Shown here: positions 50,772-62,013 of the stretch, one piece after another
Position numbering within the stretch: the stretch's first letter is position 1
Layout of the letters: every line of letters begins with the position of its first letter
Assembly: GCA_963713825.1 (NCBI GenBank)
Contig: CAVQNG010000003.1
Location: 320,001 to 384,000, forward strand
Origin: an uncultured Acidobacteriota bacterium
GTDB lineage: Bacteria > Acidobacteriota > Thermoanaerobaculia > Multivoradales > JAHEKO01
DNA length: 64,000 bases
Direction: 5' to 3'
The notes under the pieces: model-generated
The model's input: the letters and a program-made list of their open reading frames with translations, nothing else
Told to the model about the DNA's origin: nothing
The model's database searches: none
Made by a program: the position numbers and the translations under genes

Positions 50772-52106
50772 TTGAGACCGAAGACTCGCTACGCAGTGAA
50801 TAAGGAAGGGCAGTCTGTCGCATACCAGGTTTTCGGTGACGGGCCGCGTGACATCGTCTTCATTCCCGATTGGGTCACGAATCTCGAAGATCATGTGGGA
50901 AGAGCCGACCCTGGCTCGGTTTCTCGATCGCCTGGCGTCGTTCGGGCGCCTGATCTGCTTCGACAAGCGTGGCACCGGGGTCTCCGATCCGGTTCCCCTC
51001 GGCGCCATCCCCACGTGGGAAGAGTGGATGGATGACGTGGGGACCGTCATGGATGCCGTCGGCTCCGACTGTGCCACTGTCTTCGGCCACGGAGATGGCG
51101 GGCACATGGCCCTATTGTTCGCCGCAACTCATCCGAATCGGACGTCGGCGCTGGTGCTGGCTGACGCCTACGCTCGGCGCCACCGGGCACCCGACTACCA
51201 CTGCGGCGTACCGCCCCAGATTGCCGAGCAATTCATCGAGCTCATCCTGTCCACCTGGGGAACGGGGAAGGCGGTCGTCCACGGATCGCCCGACCTGGCG
51301 AGGAATCCGTCCTTCGTGGAGTGGCGGGGACGCTATGAACGCCTGTCCATGAGCCCTGGACAGTTCAAGAGCATCTATCCACTGACCTACGAGTTGGACT
51401 TCCGGCCCGTGCTCTGGAGACCATCCAAGCTCCGACTCTCGTGCTCCATCGTGCCGATAACCTCTACGTCCGCCCGGACAACGGCCGTTATCTCGCCGAC
51501 CATATCGAGGGTGCCCAGTTCGTCGAGGTGCCGGGCGAGGATCATCTGTTTCATGGTGGAGACATTGAAGCTCTTCTCGGGCCGGTTCGGGAGTTCGTGA
51601 CCGGAGCCAAGGAGGCCCCAGTGGAGGACCGTGTTCTGGCAACGGTCTTATTCACCGACATCAAGGGGGCCACCGAGCACCTTGCACACCTGGGTGACCG
51701 AGCCTGGGGAGATCTGCTGGAACGGCATCACGCCACGGTACGCCAACAATTGGAGCGCTTTAGAGGCCGAGAGATCGATACTGCCGGCGATGGCTTCTTT
51801 GCGACCTTCGATGGGCCGGCCCGGGGCGTCCGTTGCGGCCTTGCAGTTCGCGATGCGGTTCGGTCACTCGGCCTCGAGATCCGAGCCGGGCTTCACACCG
51901 GCGAATGCGAGCTGATCGGCGATAAGGTGGGCGGCATCGCAGTCCACATTGGCGCTCGCGTGATGAACATCGCGAAAGGAGGCGAGGTACTGACCTCCCG
52001 CACCGTCAAGGACCTGGTCGCCGGCTCGGGCCTCGAGTTCACCAGTCACGGCATCCACACGCTCAAGGGTGTCTCCGGCGAATGGGAACTGTTCGCCGCC
52101 GGCTAG
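50772..52106 (+). CDS. Alpha/beta hydrolase + class III adenylate cyclase fusion (Rv1900c/LipJ-like), two frameshifts
   Basis: TRYA..VAYQVFGDGPRD, FDKRGTGVSD, LFTDI, DTAGDGF, RAGLHTGECE, AVHIGARV; frame breaks near 50885 and 51415. Confidence 0.85.
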
Positions 52107-52175
52107 ACAGTTCCTCAACTGACGAGCGGGCCTCTGGCGAGACCATCAGGGGCCGCTCGCGCAGTTTCGGCTACC

Positions 52176-53327
52176 TCAAGGGTTGATGTTCTCGCCCTTT
52201 TCGAGGCGCTCGATTTGGGTCTCCAGATTCTGCTTCTGGGGACCATCCGGCGCACGCTCCAGCGAAATAGCGGCGTGCTCAAGAGCCTTCTCGAAGTTTC
52301 CTTCCTGCGCGTAGACGCGAGCCATTCCGAAGTCGACGGGCCACTCACCGGCATTCATCTCGTAGTTCTTGCGGAAGAGCACGTTGGCATCGTCCAACTG
52401 CCCCTGAGCCTGCAGTCCGCGAGCGGCCATGTGCACGGCGACCGCGTTCGCTGTCGGATGCTCCATCGCCTGGTCGAAGATCTCCATCGCCTCTTCACTG
52501 CGACCGATCTGATTGAGGATTTGGGCCTTGTTCGAGATCGTCCCAAAGGTCGTATTCGCCGCAATCGCGGCGTCCGCCCAGCGAATCGCATCCTCGTGAT
52601 AGGCGTCCTGCTGAGCCGCCCATTGCGAGGCCTGAATCCAGTTCTGGAAGTTGAAGCCGGCGGCACCGGTCAGCTCCATTGCCATCGTGTCGTGGTAGAG
52701 CTCCACCTGGTTGGGCACTGAGATCCGAAACGGCACACGAAGATTTTCCCAATGCAACACGGCCTGGGCGGTATCGAGCTGGCGATCGTCGAACTCGTAG
52801 GTCAGCCACTCGCGGAAGAAATCGGCCTTCGCGGGCTGAACCTGGACCTGCAGGGCGTCGAGGCTCGGCTCATAGAAGAAGCTGCCCCATGCCGAGCTGT
52901 TCTTGTTGAAGATGATCGTCCATTCGGTCTCTCCGGGTGCCATGAACAGAGCGTAGGTCCCGGCGGCGAGCGGCTGGCCCTCGATCTCGACATCATGGGA
53001 GAAGGTGATCGTAGTGTTCTGATTCGCACCGGCCCGCCAAGGCATGTTCTCCGCGGTTCCGAATCCCGGATAGAAGGGATTAGGGGCGATGCCCCAGGGG
53101 ACCAGCTGGCCCCAGATCTTGCCCGTCCGGTCTTCGCCGGCAGGACTTGTGACATCCGGGGCGTTGTAGTCGATGGTCACGGAGACCATTCCGAGGTACT
53201 GCGTGACAACCGCGCGCTGATTGGCTCCTCCCGGCGGGGTGGTCAGGCCTTGAGCGACAAGGGACCCCGCGCTGGCCACCACAACCAGCAGGGTAAGGGT
53301 GGAAGACGGAGACAATGAAGAACGCAT
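52176..53327 (-). CDS. DUF2911 domain secreted protein with TPRs
   Basis: V.Q.LG...TIDY..P, IWGQLVPWG, WRAGAN.NT, GTYALF, WGSFFY; AAGGAG RBS. Confidence 0.85.
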   Translation of the reverse strand: MRSSLSPSSTLTLLVVVASAGSLVAQGLTTPPGGANQRAVVTQYLGMVSVTIDYNAPDVTSPAGEDRTGKIWGQLVPWGIAPNPFYPGFGTAENMPWRAGANQNTTITFSHDVEIEGQPLAAGTYALFMAPGETEWTIIFNKNSSAWGSFFYEPSLDALQVQVQPAKADFFREWLTYEFDDRQLDTAQAVLHWENLRVPFRISVPNQVELYHDTMAMELTGAAGFNFQNWIQASQWAAQQDAYHEDAIRWADAAIAANTTFGTISNKAQILNQIGRSEEAMEIFDQAMEHPTANAVAVHMAARGLQAQGQLDDANVLFRKNYEMNAGEWPVDFGMARVYAQEGNFEKALEHAAISLERAPDGPQKQNLETQIERLEKGENINP

Positions 53328-53429
53328 CGAAACTCTCCTTTCGAGACTCATGGGGCGGGAGCGAATGGCCCGGGCTTCTTGGATACTTTCTTCCTTACGG
53401 GATTGGCGACCCAAGGTTGCTGCAATCGT

Positions 53430-53905
53430 GCAGATGAGCGCCTACGAGTCGAAGCCGGTAGCACCGGCAGTGACGCCCGAGTGATGGCGTTCTTCCTGCT
53501 TGAGGCAGAAGGAATCTGTATACGTCGAATTCGGACAGCACGATCCGATGACGACCGAAGATGTTCTGGAGTTGGCACAAGAGGACCGATTCGCGGCCTT
53601 CATCGCGGCTGGCGAGCCAGACTCGGAACTGATCGGCGGTTTGCTCAGGTCTCCCGATCTACGGGCGATGTCCGTTCAGCGAGCCGATGCGTTCGCAATC
53701 GAGTATCCATTCCTCAGGGCCGTGCGGTTTCCGGAGGGTGCGTACGATATCGCGGCCAACATCCCGGGCCAGGATCTACAGCTGCTGGCTGCACGCGTGC
53801 AGCTTCTGGTATCGGCCCCCTTCCCGCCAGCGCTGGCGGACCTGCTGTTACAGGCTGCATCCGAGACCCATGCCAACGCAACACCGTTCTCGTCTCGAGG
53901 AGGGC
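53430..53905 (+). pseudogene. Internal remnant of a TAXI-family TRAP solute receptor
   Basis: LRVEAGSTGSDARVMAFFLL..GI, then (frameshift) YPFLRAVRFPEGAYDIAANIP.QDLQLLA...PALADLLLQAASETH; no clear start or C-terminal half; boundaries approximate. Confidence 0.6.
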
Positions 53906-53924
53906 TGCTGTCGAGCTCCCGGGG

Positions 53925-54576
53925 TCACGCCTCGCTCGCCTTCAAGGCCTCCCGGCCCCTGGGCATCTCGAAGCGATCGCGGGTCCTGCAGTACTCGAGG
54001 CCTCCCATCCGACCGATGGCCTGAAGCCGGTCTGCGTCGACATGGAATCGATCGTTGATCAGCGCCTCATCGACATGGATGTAGACCACCCTGCCCATCA
54101 CCACATTGCCACTCGCCGGCTCACCTGGCGCCGTGCGCAAGATCTGCACGGTCTCGCATTCGAAGGCGACAGGAGACTCCGCCAGACGCGGGGGACGCAC
54201 CTTCGAGCTCGGTAGAGGGGTGAGGCCGGTCAACTCGAACTCGCTCTCGCCGTAGGGCAGCATCTCGGCCGCGGCAGCCACCTTTCGCGCATAGGTCTCG
54301 GTAGCCACGTTGACCACGAATTCGACCCACCCCGCCCTCCTCGGGAGGCAGACAATTCTGCAGCGTGTCCTTGTCTGAGCCGTCAGGCAGGGTCGCCGGG
54401 CAGAAGAGCAGGGTCATCGGATTTGAGCCCACCGCAGTGAAGAACGAATACGGGGCGAGGTTGTGAGCTCCCGCTGGCGAGATGGTGGACACAAAGGCGA
54501 TGGGTCGCGGCACGACGCTGCCGATCAGCAGCTTGTAGCGATCGCGGACATCGAGACTCTCAGGCTGGAATTCCAT
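53925..54576 (-). CDS. Flavin reductase family protein (DIM6/NTAB), frameshifted near 54325
   Basis: YKLLIGSVVPRPIAFVST, NLAPYSFF, KDTL.N, then VVNVA...ESPVAFEC...IGRMGG..Y. Confidence 0.85.
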
Positions 54577-54728
54577 GCCGGGAGCCTACCCGATCGATCC
54601 ACGAGTCGGAGTAGACAAAGCCTGTCCGCGATGGGCCGCCTCGACTGGCAAACACTTTCTCCCTGTTGGGCGTCCAATCACTCGAGAACAGCCTGTTCCA
54701 CGGATCGTTCGAGAAAAGGAGCCCCCGC

Positions 54729-55474
54729 GTGATTCCTGTCAGCAAGCTCGTATTGTCCCTGTCTCTGGCTCTCCTGCCCGCCTCGGCGAAGGCCGCATCT
54801 GATCTCTCGCTCGAGGAGTTGATCGAACGCCACACCCTAGCTCGCGGCGGTCGGCTCGCCATCGAGTCGGTTGAGAGCCTGGAGATCGAGCTCGACATTG
54901 TCGAGCCGACCTTCGAAGTCCGAGGGCTCTATCGCGCGGATCGGGCCGAGCGGATGCGCATCGATATCTTCAGCGACAGCGAACGCGTCTTCTCAGAGGG
55001 CCACGATGGTTCGACCAGCTGGCAGTGGAAGGGGGGCGCGGAGCATTCCGAATCGACCACTCCCGAGGCGGCCGCCACACTCCGGCATGGAGCAATCCTC
55101 AACCTGCGCGGTCTACATGAGCTCGAAGAAGCCGGTCACAAGCTCACCTATTTGGGGCTGGAGACCCTGGAGGGGGTGCGCCTTCATACCCTTCAGATCA
55201 CTCTCGACGATGGCTTCGTGCTCTATGACTATCTCGATCCCGAGAGCCTTCTCGTCGTTCGCAGCCGGTCCTTTCGCGCCTTTCATCCGGACGTCATCCA
55301 AGGAGAAACGGAGACGAGACCCGCTACTCCGATTTTCGAGACGTGGGCGGCCAGAGACGGCCTTTCGTCACAGAAACCGTCGATCTGGCGACCGGAGAGA
55401 CGATCTCGAAAGTGACGGTCAAGGAGATCCAAATGAATCCGGTCCTCGAGGCGGCGATCTTCGAGGCACCCTGA
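54729..55474 (+). CDS. Secreted LolA-fold-like protein, frameshifted near 55310
   Basis: Signal peptide, LIERH..ARGG, YLDPESLL; shifted frame gives ETRYSDFRDVGG..RPF...NPVLEAAIFEAP*. Confidence 0.65.
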
Positions 55475-55526
55475 CTCAGTAGCCTGCTGTACTCGGACGC
55501 AGTTTCACCCTTTCAAGGAGGTTGCT

Positions 55527-56078
55527 ATGCGTTGGTCGAGGACAATATTCGTGTCCGCAGTCGTGCTGGGCTGCCTGGCTGTTGCAGGCTGGATGACTCC
55601 CGCGTTGGCCGATCACCACGAGGCCGGCTTGATCGAGGAAGCCCTGAGCGCTGCACCGCCTGAATTGCGCGACGGCGCGACTGTCATGGATTGGGAGAAC
55701 AACGTTCTCCGAGAAGGCGACAACGGCTGGACTTGCATGCCGACCCCGCCGAACCTTCAGGGGACTGCACCCATGTGCCTCGACAAGGTGTGGATGGAGT
55801 GGGCACACGCCTACCTCACCAAGACGGAATATGCAGGAGGCAAGTTCGGACTCTCCTACATGCTGGCCGGCGACGAACGATCGAGCAACATCGATCCCTA
55901 CGCCGAAGGACCGACCGAGGACAACCAATGGGTGGTCGAAGGCCCACACCTGATGATCCTGGTTCCGGATCCGGCGTTGCTGAAGGGTATCTCGACCGAC
56001 CCCTGGAACGGTGGACCGTACGTGATGTGGAAGGACACCTCCTACGTCCACATCATGGTGCCGTTGGGTAGGGACTAG
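55527..56078 (+). CDS. Conserved secreted hypothetical protein
   Basis: Signal peptide, ALSAAP...ATV, LREG.NGWTC.P, PMCLD, YMLAGD, GPHLMI, PYVMW...Y.HIMVP; AAGGAGG RBS. Confidence 0.8.
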   Translation: MRWSRTIFVSAVVLGCLAVAGWMTPALADHHEAGLIEEALSAAPPELRDGATVMDWENNVLREGDNGWTCMPTPPNLQGTAPMCLDKVWMEWAHAYLTKTEYAGGKFGLSYMLAGDERSSNIDPYAEGPTEDNQWVVEGPHLMILVPDPALLKGISTDPWNGGPYVMWKDTSYVHIMVPLGRD

Positions 56079-56110
56079 ACCTGTAGCATCAACGGCCAGG
56101 TGAACAGCCA

Positions 56111-56133
56111 AAGCGCTCCCAAACCGAGCGCTT
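56111..56133. terminator. Hairpin between convergent genes, possible terminator
   Basis: AAGCGCTC-CCAAACC-GAGCGCTT; no clear U-tract. Confidence 0.3.
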
Positions 56134-56284
56134 GCTCTGAGCTTCCGCGGGCTCTACGTGGAACAGGACTGGTCTGCGCGCTGCCTGCTACAGCCGCTAC
56201 GACAACGGCGTCGGTCAGCACGCGGGCCACTCGGCCGAGCAGCTCTTCTTCTCTTCCTATTCAGATGGGCTCAGCCTTCAGTGG

Positions 56285-57697
56285 TCATCCGCCCCCTTTG
56301 GGAAACTTCTCCGCCTTGGGCGCCTCCCAGGTCTTCATCTTGTCCAGGTCTGGCTCGTAGATCCGCAGGATGATGTCCATGTCCTCGTCCTTGCGGTTGA
56401 TCGGCAGCCAGTTCTCCTCGGGCACGCCCTCGGGCTTCTCGGCGGCGACATAGACCTCGATGCTGCCGTTCTCGTCCAGCTGCATGCCGGCGTTCTCGCC
56501 CACGCTGTACTTCTTGCGGTCGTTGGGGATGAAGAAACCGTTGTTCAGGTCGTAAAGCGTGAAGGACCAGAACACCTCCGTGGGAGGCATCTCGTCCGCC
56601 GCCATGCGGATCACGTAGTCGTTCATCGCGTTCATCTGCGAGCCGTCGATGGTGGTGACGGCAGGATAGACCGCCTCGACCGCGGGCAGACCGATCGGAC
56701 CGAGCACCGACTGGAACAGCAGCAGTTCCAGGGGCATCTCCCCCTTCGGCTTGAACTTGCCGAAGCGCTCTTTCTGGTGAAACGCCGCGTCCGAGGCCTT
56801 GGCCATCTCTTCGCTGAAGATTCGTTCGGAGACTGCGCGGACCTTCGCGCCGTCGATCTTGGCCACCCTGGCGGCATCGTAGGGCTGGCCCGGTACGACC
56901 CCGAGCGGCTCGTAGGCAGCCAACAGCTCGCGGTCGAGCTCGTCATTCGGGTCGAAAGTGGTGTGATTGAACACGAACTGCATCACTTCGAGCAGATTGT
57001 TCCCGAAGACGTCCGCGTCCTTCTGACCGACCGGCGGGAACGCGATGTCGTCGATCGGCTTGGCCGCCTGCCCGTGGAATTCGGACAGGGTGACCGCCTT
57101 CACCTGCTCCATCTGGCCGACGATGCGCTCGAACCGCGCCTGATCGCTGGCGTGGGGCATGATGCGCAGGACCGCGGAGATGAAGTCGCCGGAGGCCTCG
57201 AAGACCTGGTCGACGCCTTCCACCGGCTCGCCGTCGTAACCCTCGGTGCGAGCGCTGTAGAACAGCATCTTCTCCGGCTTTTCGAAGTCGTCGAGCCGGG
57301 TCGACATCGGCACGTTCACGTAGTGGTCGTAGGCGGTGACCATCAGCGACACGTAGTCCGAGTCGAAGGCCGGCATCTCGAGGATGACGGGGTCCTTGCG
57401 CAGGTCCAGCAAGCAGCTGGTGTAGAGCGTGTCATTGTTGGGCCGCGCGATCTCGCGCATGGTGTGATCCTTGAGCTGGGTGTCGGCATCACAGGTATTC
57501 CACCCACCGTGCTTTAACGCGAACTTGTTGTTGACGTTGTACATGGCCACGTACTGGTACGACCGCTCGACGAGGTTCTCGACCTCCTGGTCGCTCAGCC
57601 CGCTGCTGACGACAGCGTCTTCGGGTGTGGAGCAACCAAGCATTACGGTGGCGAGTGCCACGAGAATGATGGACAGAAACGTCAAATTCCTCTTCAT
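56285..57697 (-). CDS. DUF1254/DUF1214 lipoprotein
   Basis: Lipobox MLGC, PNNDTLY...LDL..P, EAVYP, FWSFTLYD, NWLP, LRIYEP. Confidence 0.9.
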   Translation of the reverse strand: MKRNLTFLSIILVALATVMLGCSTPEDAVVSSGLSDQEVENLVERSYQYVAMYNVNNKFALKHGGWNTCDADTQLKDHTMREIARPNNDTLYTSCLLDLRKDPVILEMPAFDSDYVSLMVTAYDHYVNVPMSTRLDDFEKPEKMLFYSARTEGYDGEPVEGVDQVFEASGDFISAVLRIMPHASDQARFERIVGQMEQVKAVTLSEFHGQAAKPIDDIAFPPVGQKDADVFGNNLLEVMQFVFNHTTFDPNDELDRELLAAYEPLGVVPGQPYDAARVAKIDGAKVRAVSERIFSEEMAKASDAAFHQKERFGKFKPKGEMPLELLLFQSVLGPIGLPAVEAVYPAVTTIDGSQMNAMNDYVIRMAADEMPPTEVFWSFTLYDLNNGFFIPNDRKKYSVGENAGMQLDENGSIEVYVAAEKPEGVPEENWLPINRKDEDMDIILRIYEPDLDKMKTWEAPKAEKFPKGGG

Positions 57698-57787
57698 AAT
57701 AAGTCTCCCGTCTGTTCAGGTGCGGCGGTAACAGGCCCGCTGCCCTTGCATTGTCGTGCTCGAGCTAACAAGCCGCCCCCCATCCGA

Positions 57788-60185
57788 TCAATCATCGTCT
57801 GGCGAGCGCTTGAATGCAGGCCGCTCGTCCTGCAGATTCTTGAAATAGAGTCGCTCCAAGGTTCCCTCGAAGGTGAAGGGGGCCCTGTCGAAGTAGGCGT
57901 CGGCGACCGGCGAGAGTGTGTCCATGCCGACGTCGAAGGTCTCCGAGGCGGTGAAGGTCAGCGGAATCGTGCGCTGGACCGTTCCCCCGGCGGCCTCCTT
58001 GCCGTTGATCCAGAACTTGAGCTCCGCGGGGGCGGCACGCTCGAGGGGCGTCTTCATCTCGAGGGCGATCTGCACCTCCCCGGCCGGTAGCTTGCCGACC
58101 TCGATCTTGTCGCGCTTGAGCAGCAGCGCGCTGTATTCGTAGTAGAGAGTGCCGTCGACGGCGAAGAGGCTGACGCCGCCGGCGTAACCGCCCATCGCGA
58201 AGATCACCCCATTGACCCCCTCTGGCACCTCGGCCTCGATCTCCACCCGGATATTCCCGTTTCGCACATTCGGCGCCTGGCTTTCGGGGATGCGCGTCAT
58301 CCCATCGAACAGAGTCCATTCGGTGTTGGTGGTGCGCTGCTGCTCCTGCGGGTTGAGCGGGGTGAACAGGCCGCCGCCGATCGGCAAGACTCTTGTTTTC
58401 CTCGGCCACCTGCATGAAGAGCGCCTTGAGTTCCTCCAACTTGTCGGGGTTGTCGGCGGCCAGGTCGTTCATCAGCGAGTAGTCCTTGCGGGTGTCGAAC
58501 AACTCCCAAGAATCCTGCATCGGATCCCATTGGCTGATGTCGATCACCTCCGCCACCCATGGTTTCCGGGGCCCGAAGGTGTTGGCCATCCAGCCCTCGT
58601 GGTAGATGCCGCGGCTGCCCATGATGTCGAAGTACTGGGTCTTCTTCCGTTCCGGGGCGCTTGGGGAGTCGAAGGTGTAGGCAAAGCTGACGCCGTCGAT
58701 GGGGTCCTGCTTGTGGCCGTCGACGACCTTCGGTGGCTCGATGCCGAGGATTTCGTAGAGGGTGGGAACGACGTCGTTGACGTGAGTGAACTGCGGCCGC
58801 GGTGTCTTGTCGGGCTTGATGCGCTCCGGCCACGAGATGACCATCGGCGTGCGGGTGCCGCCCCAGTCGGCGGCGATCAGCTTGGTGTAGCGGAACGGCG
58901 AATCACCGGCCCAGGCCCAGGCGGAGTGGTACATGTTGTCCATTTTCGGGCCGCCGATCGCTTCCAGTCCGCCGAGTTGCTCGGCCACCGCCATGTGCTC
59001 CTCAACGGTGGACGGAATCCCGTTCTGGGCGTTGAGCTCGGCGACACTGCCGTCCATGCCTTCGGCCGAGGCGCCGTTGTCGGAGAGGATGTAGAGAACC
59101 AGGGTGTTGTCGCGGATGCCGCGTTCCTCAAGGGCGTCGATCAATCTGCCGACCTGGACGTCGGTGTGCTCGAGGAAGCCGGCGTAAACCTCCATCAGGC
59201 GTGCCTGGAAGCTGCGTTCATTTTCAGAGAGGTTGTTCCAGGCCGGCATCCCTTCAGGACGTGGTGCGCGCTTGGTGTTGGCCGGAATCCAGCCGATCTC
59301 CTTCTGGCGATCGAAGACCCGCTTTTGGTAGGCGTCCCAGCCGTCGTCGAACTTGCCCTTGTACTTGTCGGCCCATTTCGCGGCGACGTGGTGCGGACCG
59401 TGGACTGCGCCCGGCGTCCACCACATCAGGAAGGGACGGTCGGGGTTGATCGCGAGGTGGCGGTTCATCCACATGATCGCCTTGTCCGCCATGGCCTCGG
59501 TGAGGTGGTAGTCCTCGTAGTTTTCGACGTGGGGAGGGGAGATTGGGTTGTTGTTCTCCCACAGGGCGGGTTCCCACTGGGAGCTCTCGCCGGCGATGAA
59601 GCCGTAGAAGTAGTCGAAGCCGCGGCCGACCGGTGTGCGGTCATAGGGGCCGTTGGCGAGCTGGTCGACCGGGGTGTTGTGATCCTTGCCAAAGGCGGCG
59701 GAGGCGTAGCCGTAATAGCCGAGCACCTCGGCGATGGTGGCCGAGGACTTCGGAATGATGCCGGTGTAGCCGTCCCAGTCGTTGGCGAGTTCAGCGATCT
59801 GACCGAAGCCCACGCGGTTGTGGTTGCGGCCCGTCATCAGGGCAGCCCGGGTCGGCGAGCACATCGCGGTGGTGTGGAAGGCGTTGTAGGAGATGCCCTC
59901 GCTGGCCAGGCGCGTCATCGTTGGTGTCTCGATCTCGCCGCCGAAGGCGCTGGGCTGCCCGAATCCAGCGTCGTCGAGCATGACGATGAGGATGTTGGGC
60001 GCGTCCGCGGACAGGTGGCGCGGCGCTTCACGCCACTTGTGGACGGATTCCTGCATGGTCGGGCCGACCTTGCCGCCCATGGGCGGCGTAGGAAAAGGGA
60101 GGACATCCTGGGCGCTCGCCGACATGGCGAGGAGCGCGGAGAATGTCAGCCCCATAGCTATCTTCGGTAGCTCTATCGTTCTCAT
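57788..60185 (-). CDS. Arylsulfatase (Cys-type, AtsA/AtsD-like long form), frameshifted near 58390
   Basis: PNILIVMLDDAG, CSPTRAALMTGR, GFDYFYGF, HGPHH, SDNGAS; the C-terminal LamG-like part is ORF 57788..58387. Confidence 0.9.
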
Positions 60186-60279
60186 GCTGTGGGTCCTTTC
60201 TGATGCAATGGAGAATTCCGTAGAAACCCCAGGGGCCGCGCGCTGCCGCCTAGGGGGATTCGATCTGTCAGGAAGCTGA

Positions 60280-62013
60280 TCATCGATCCTCCAGGACCTC
60301 GACGAGGACCTTGCCGCGGGTCCCGGAGGGCGGCTTGGTACCCGCCACGGCGGCGAGGGTCGGGGCCACGTCGATGGTGTGGATCTCCCGGAAGACTTGC
60401 CGCGGTTCGAGTCCGGCCCCAGCGAAGATGACCGGCACGAAGGTGTCGTAGCGCCAGGGCGATCCGTGGGTCACCGCCACAGCGAGGCCGTCGAAGTCAT
60501 TGATGAACCAGTTCGGGGCGAACACGACGTAGATCTCGCCGGAGCGCTGTGGATTGTAGTTGTTCAACACCGAACGCAGTAGCGGCGTGTCGGGCAAGCG
60601 GCCTTGCGTCATCGCGGTGCTGGAGACCGCCAGCGCGACGCCTTCGAACTTGACCAGTTCGGCAGCGACCGCCTCCTCGACCTCAGCCAGCGAGAGCCCT
60701 TTTTCCGCAATGAGTTCACGGTTCAGGTAGAGGTAGGGGTGGGAGTATTGCCGGATAAGCGGTTCGGCGATACCGAATCGTTTCTTCAGCGCCTCGAATC
60801 CCGCTTCCTTCTCCCAGGTGTCCGGCATCACATATTGGGAGTCGAAGCCGTAGCGTTGAAGATCCGGCGGCGCCTCGGGTCCGCCGTGATCGGCGGAGAG
60901 CACGATCAGGGTGTTATCCAGTCCAACTTTCTTGTCGATGTACTTGAAAAGGGCGGCCAGGGTCCGGTCGAGGCGTAGCAGGTTCTCCTCGGACTCAAGG
61001 CTGGATGGGCCGAACACGTGCCCGACGTAGTCGGTGGAAGAGAAACTGACGGCCAGGTAATCGGTCACCGCGTCGGCACCGATGTTCTCACTCTCGATGA
61101 GGGCCTTGGCAAAATCGAGTGTCAACTCGTCGCCGGCGGGGCTCATGGTGAGAAACGTTGAGAAGCCCTTTCCATCCGCCGGTCCGAACGGGTGTGGGAA
61201 GACCCTGCCGTACGGTTCCAGGTTGGTTTCCCACTCCTGGTCGTCGCGGTCGCCGAACAGGTAGGTCGAACGTTCATTCGACAGTTCCCAGGCCGTATCG
61301 CCGAAACGTTTGGTCGGATCTGCCTCGTTAAAGGAAGTCACCCATTCCGGATAGTCCTTGTAGTAGAACTCGCTGGTGATCCATTGCTTGGCGGTTTTCG
61401 AAAACCAGAATGCCTTGCCCGCGTGGCCTGCCATCGAAATCGCGCCGCGGTCCTTGACGGAAACTCCGAACACTTTCGCCTTGCCGGCGGTGCTGATCGC
61501 CAGTTCGTCGCCGAAGGTGGAGACGAGAATCACCGAAGGCGAGCGGCCTTCAGTCGTCGCGATCTTCTGGGTCGGATCGATCTCCGACGCCTTGTCGACG
61601 TCCGCTCCCTGGGTCAACAGCCCATAGCGTCCGTCCTCGACGTTGTAGATCATCTCGCCGCTGCCACGGTCGAACCAGACGTTGCCGATCATGCCGTGAA
61701 CCGCGGGCTGTGCCCCGGTCGCCAGGGTGGTGTGCCCCACAATGGTCTCGGTGTTGGCGTGAGCGTGGTGGGCGTTTGCGAAGACAACCCCTTCCTCGAG
61801 CAGGTATCGGAAACCGCCTTCGCCCATGCGGTCGAGATACCGCCCCGGCAAGTCGCCGCGCAACTGGTCGACGGTGATCTGGAGAATCAACCTCGGCTTT
61901 TCCGTTTCCGCCAACGCGGCACCCTGGAACAGGAAGCCGATGCTGGCGATGCTGACCATGGCCGGCAGGTGTGCCAGCCGCGCCATTGAGAATCTCCGCG
62001 TTATAGCTGTCAT
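60280..62013 (-). CDS. pafA: Alkaline phosphatase family protein (PafA/PhoK type)
   Basis: ITVDQLR, TETIVGHTTLATG (Thr nucleophile), SVKDRGAI, TDYVGHVFGP, SADHG, THGSPW.YD. Confidence 0.88.
   Translation of the reverse strand: MTAITRRFSMARLAHLPAMVSIASIGFLFQGAALAETEKPRLILQITVDQLRGDLPGRYLDRMGEGGFRYLLEEGVVFANAHHAHANTETIVGHTTLATGAQPAVHGMIGNVWFDRGSGEMIYNVEDGRYGLLTQGADVDKASEIDPTQKIATTEGRSPSVILVSTFGDELAISTAGKAKVFGVSVKDRGAISMAGHAGKAFWFSKTAKQWITSEFYYKDYPEWVTSFNEADPTKRFGDTAWELSNERSTYLFGDRDDQEWETNLEPYGRVFPHPFGPADGKGFSTFLTMSPAGDELTLDFAKALIESENIGADAVTDYLAVSFSSTDYVGHVFGPSSLESEENLLRLDRTLAALFKYIDKKVGLDNTLIVLSADHGGPEAPPDLQRYGFDSQYVMPDTWEKEAGFEALKKRFGIAEPLIRQYSHPYLYLNRELIAEKGLSLAEVEEAVAAELVKFEGVALAVSSTAMTQGRLPDTPLLRSVLNNYNPQRSGEIYVVFAPNWFINDFDGLAVAVTHGSPWRYDTFVPVIFAGAGLEPRQVFREIHTIDVAPTLAAVAGTKPPSGTRGKVLVEVLEDR

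Noticed and set aside
56100-56373. Small ORFs in the convergent gap between 56078 and 56285
   Set aside because: No RBS or recognisable motif, low-complexity translations, and they overlap the DUF1254 gene end
43200-58400. Programmed ribosomal frameshifting or phase variation as the cause of the split genes
   Set aside because: No consistent slippery heptamers or long homopolymer/SSR tracts at the breaks, and the gene families are unrelated
58212-60170. 652-aa plus-strand ORF, and similar long antisense ORFs such as 42006-43229, 12246-13322, 31464-32549 and 2556-3635
   Set aside because: They are shadows of well-supported genes on the opposite strand, expected with high-GC codon bias, and show no recognisable motifs
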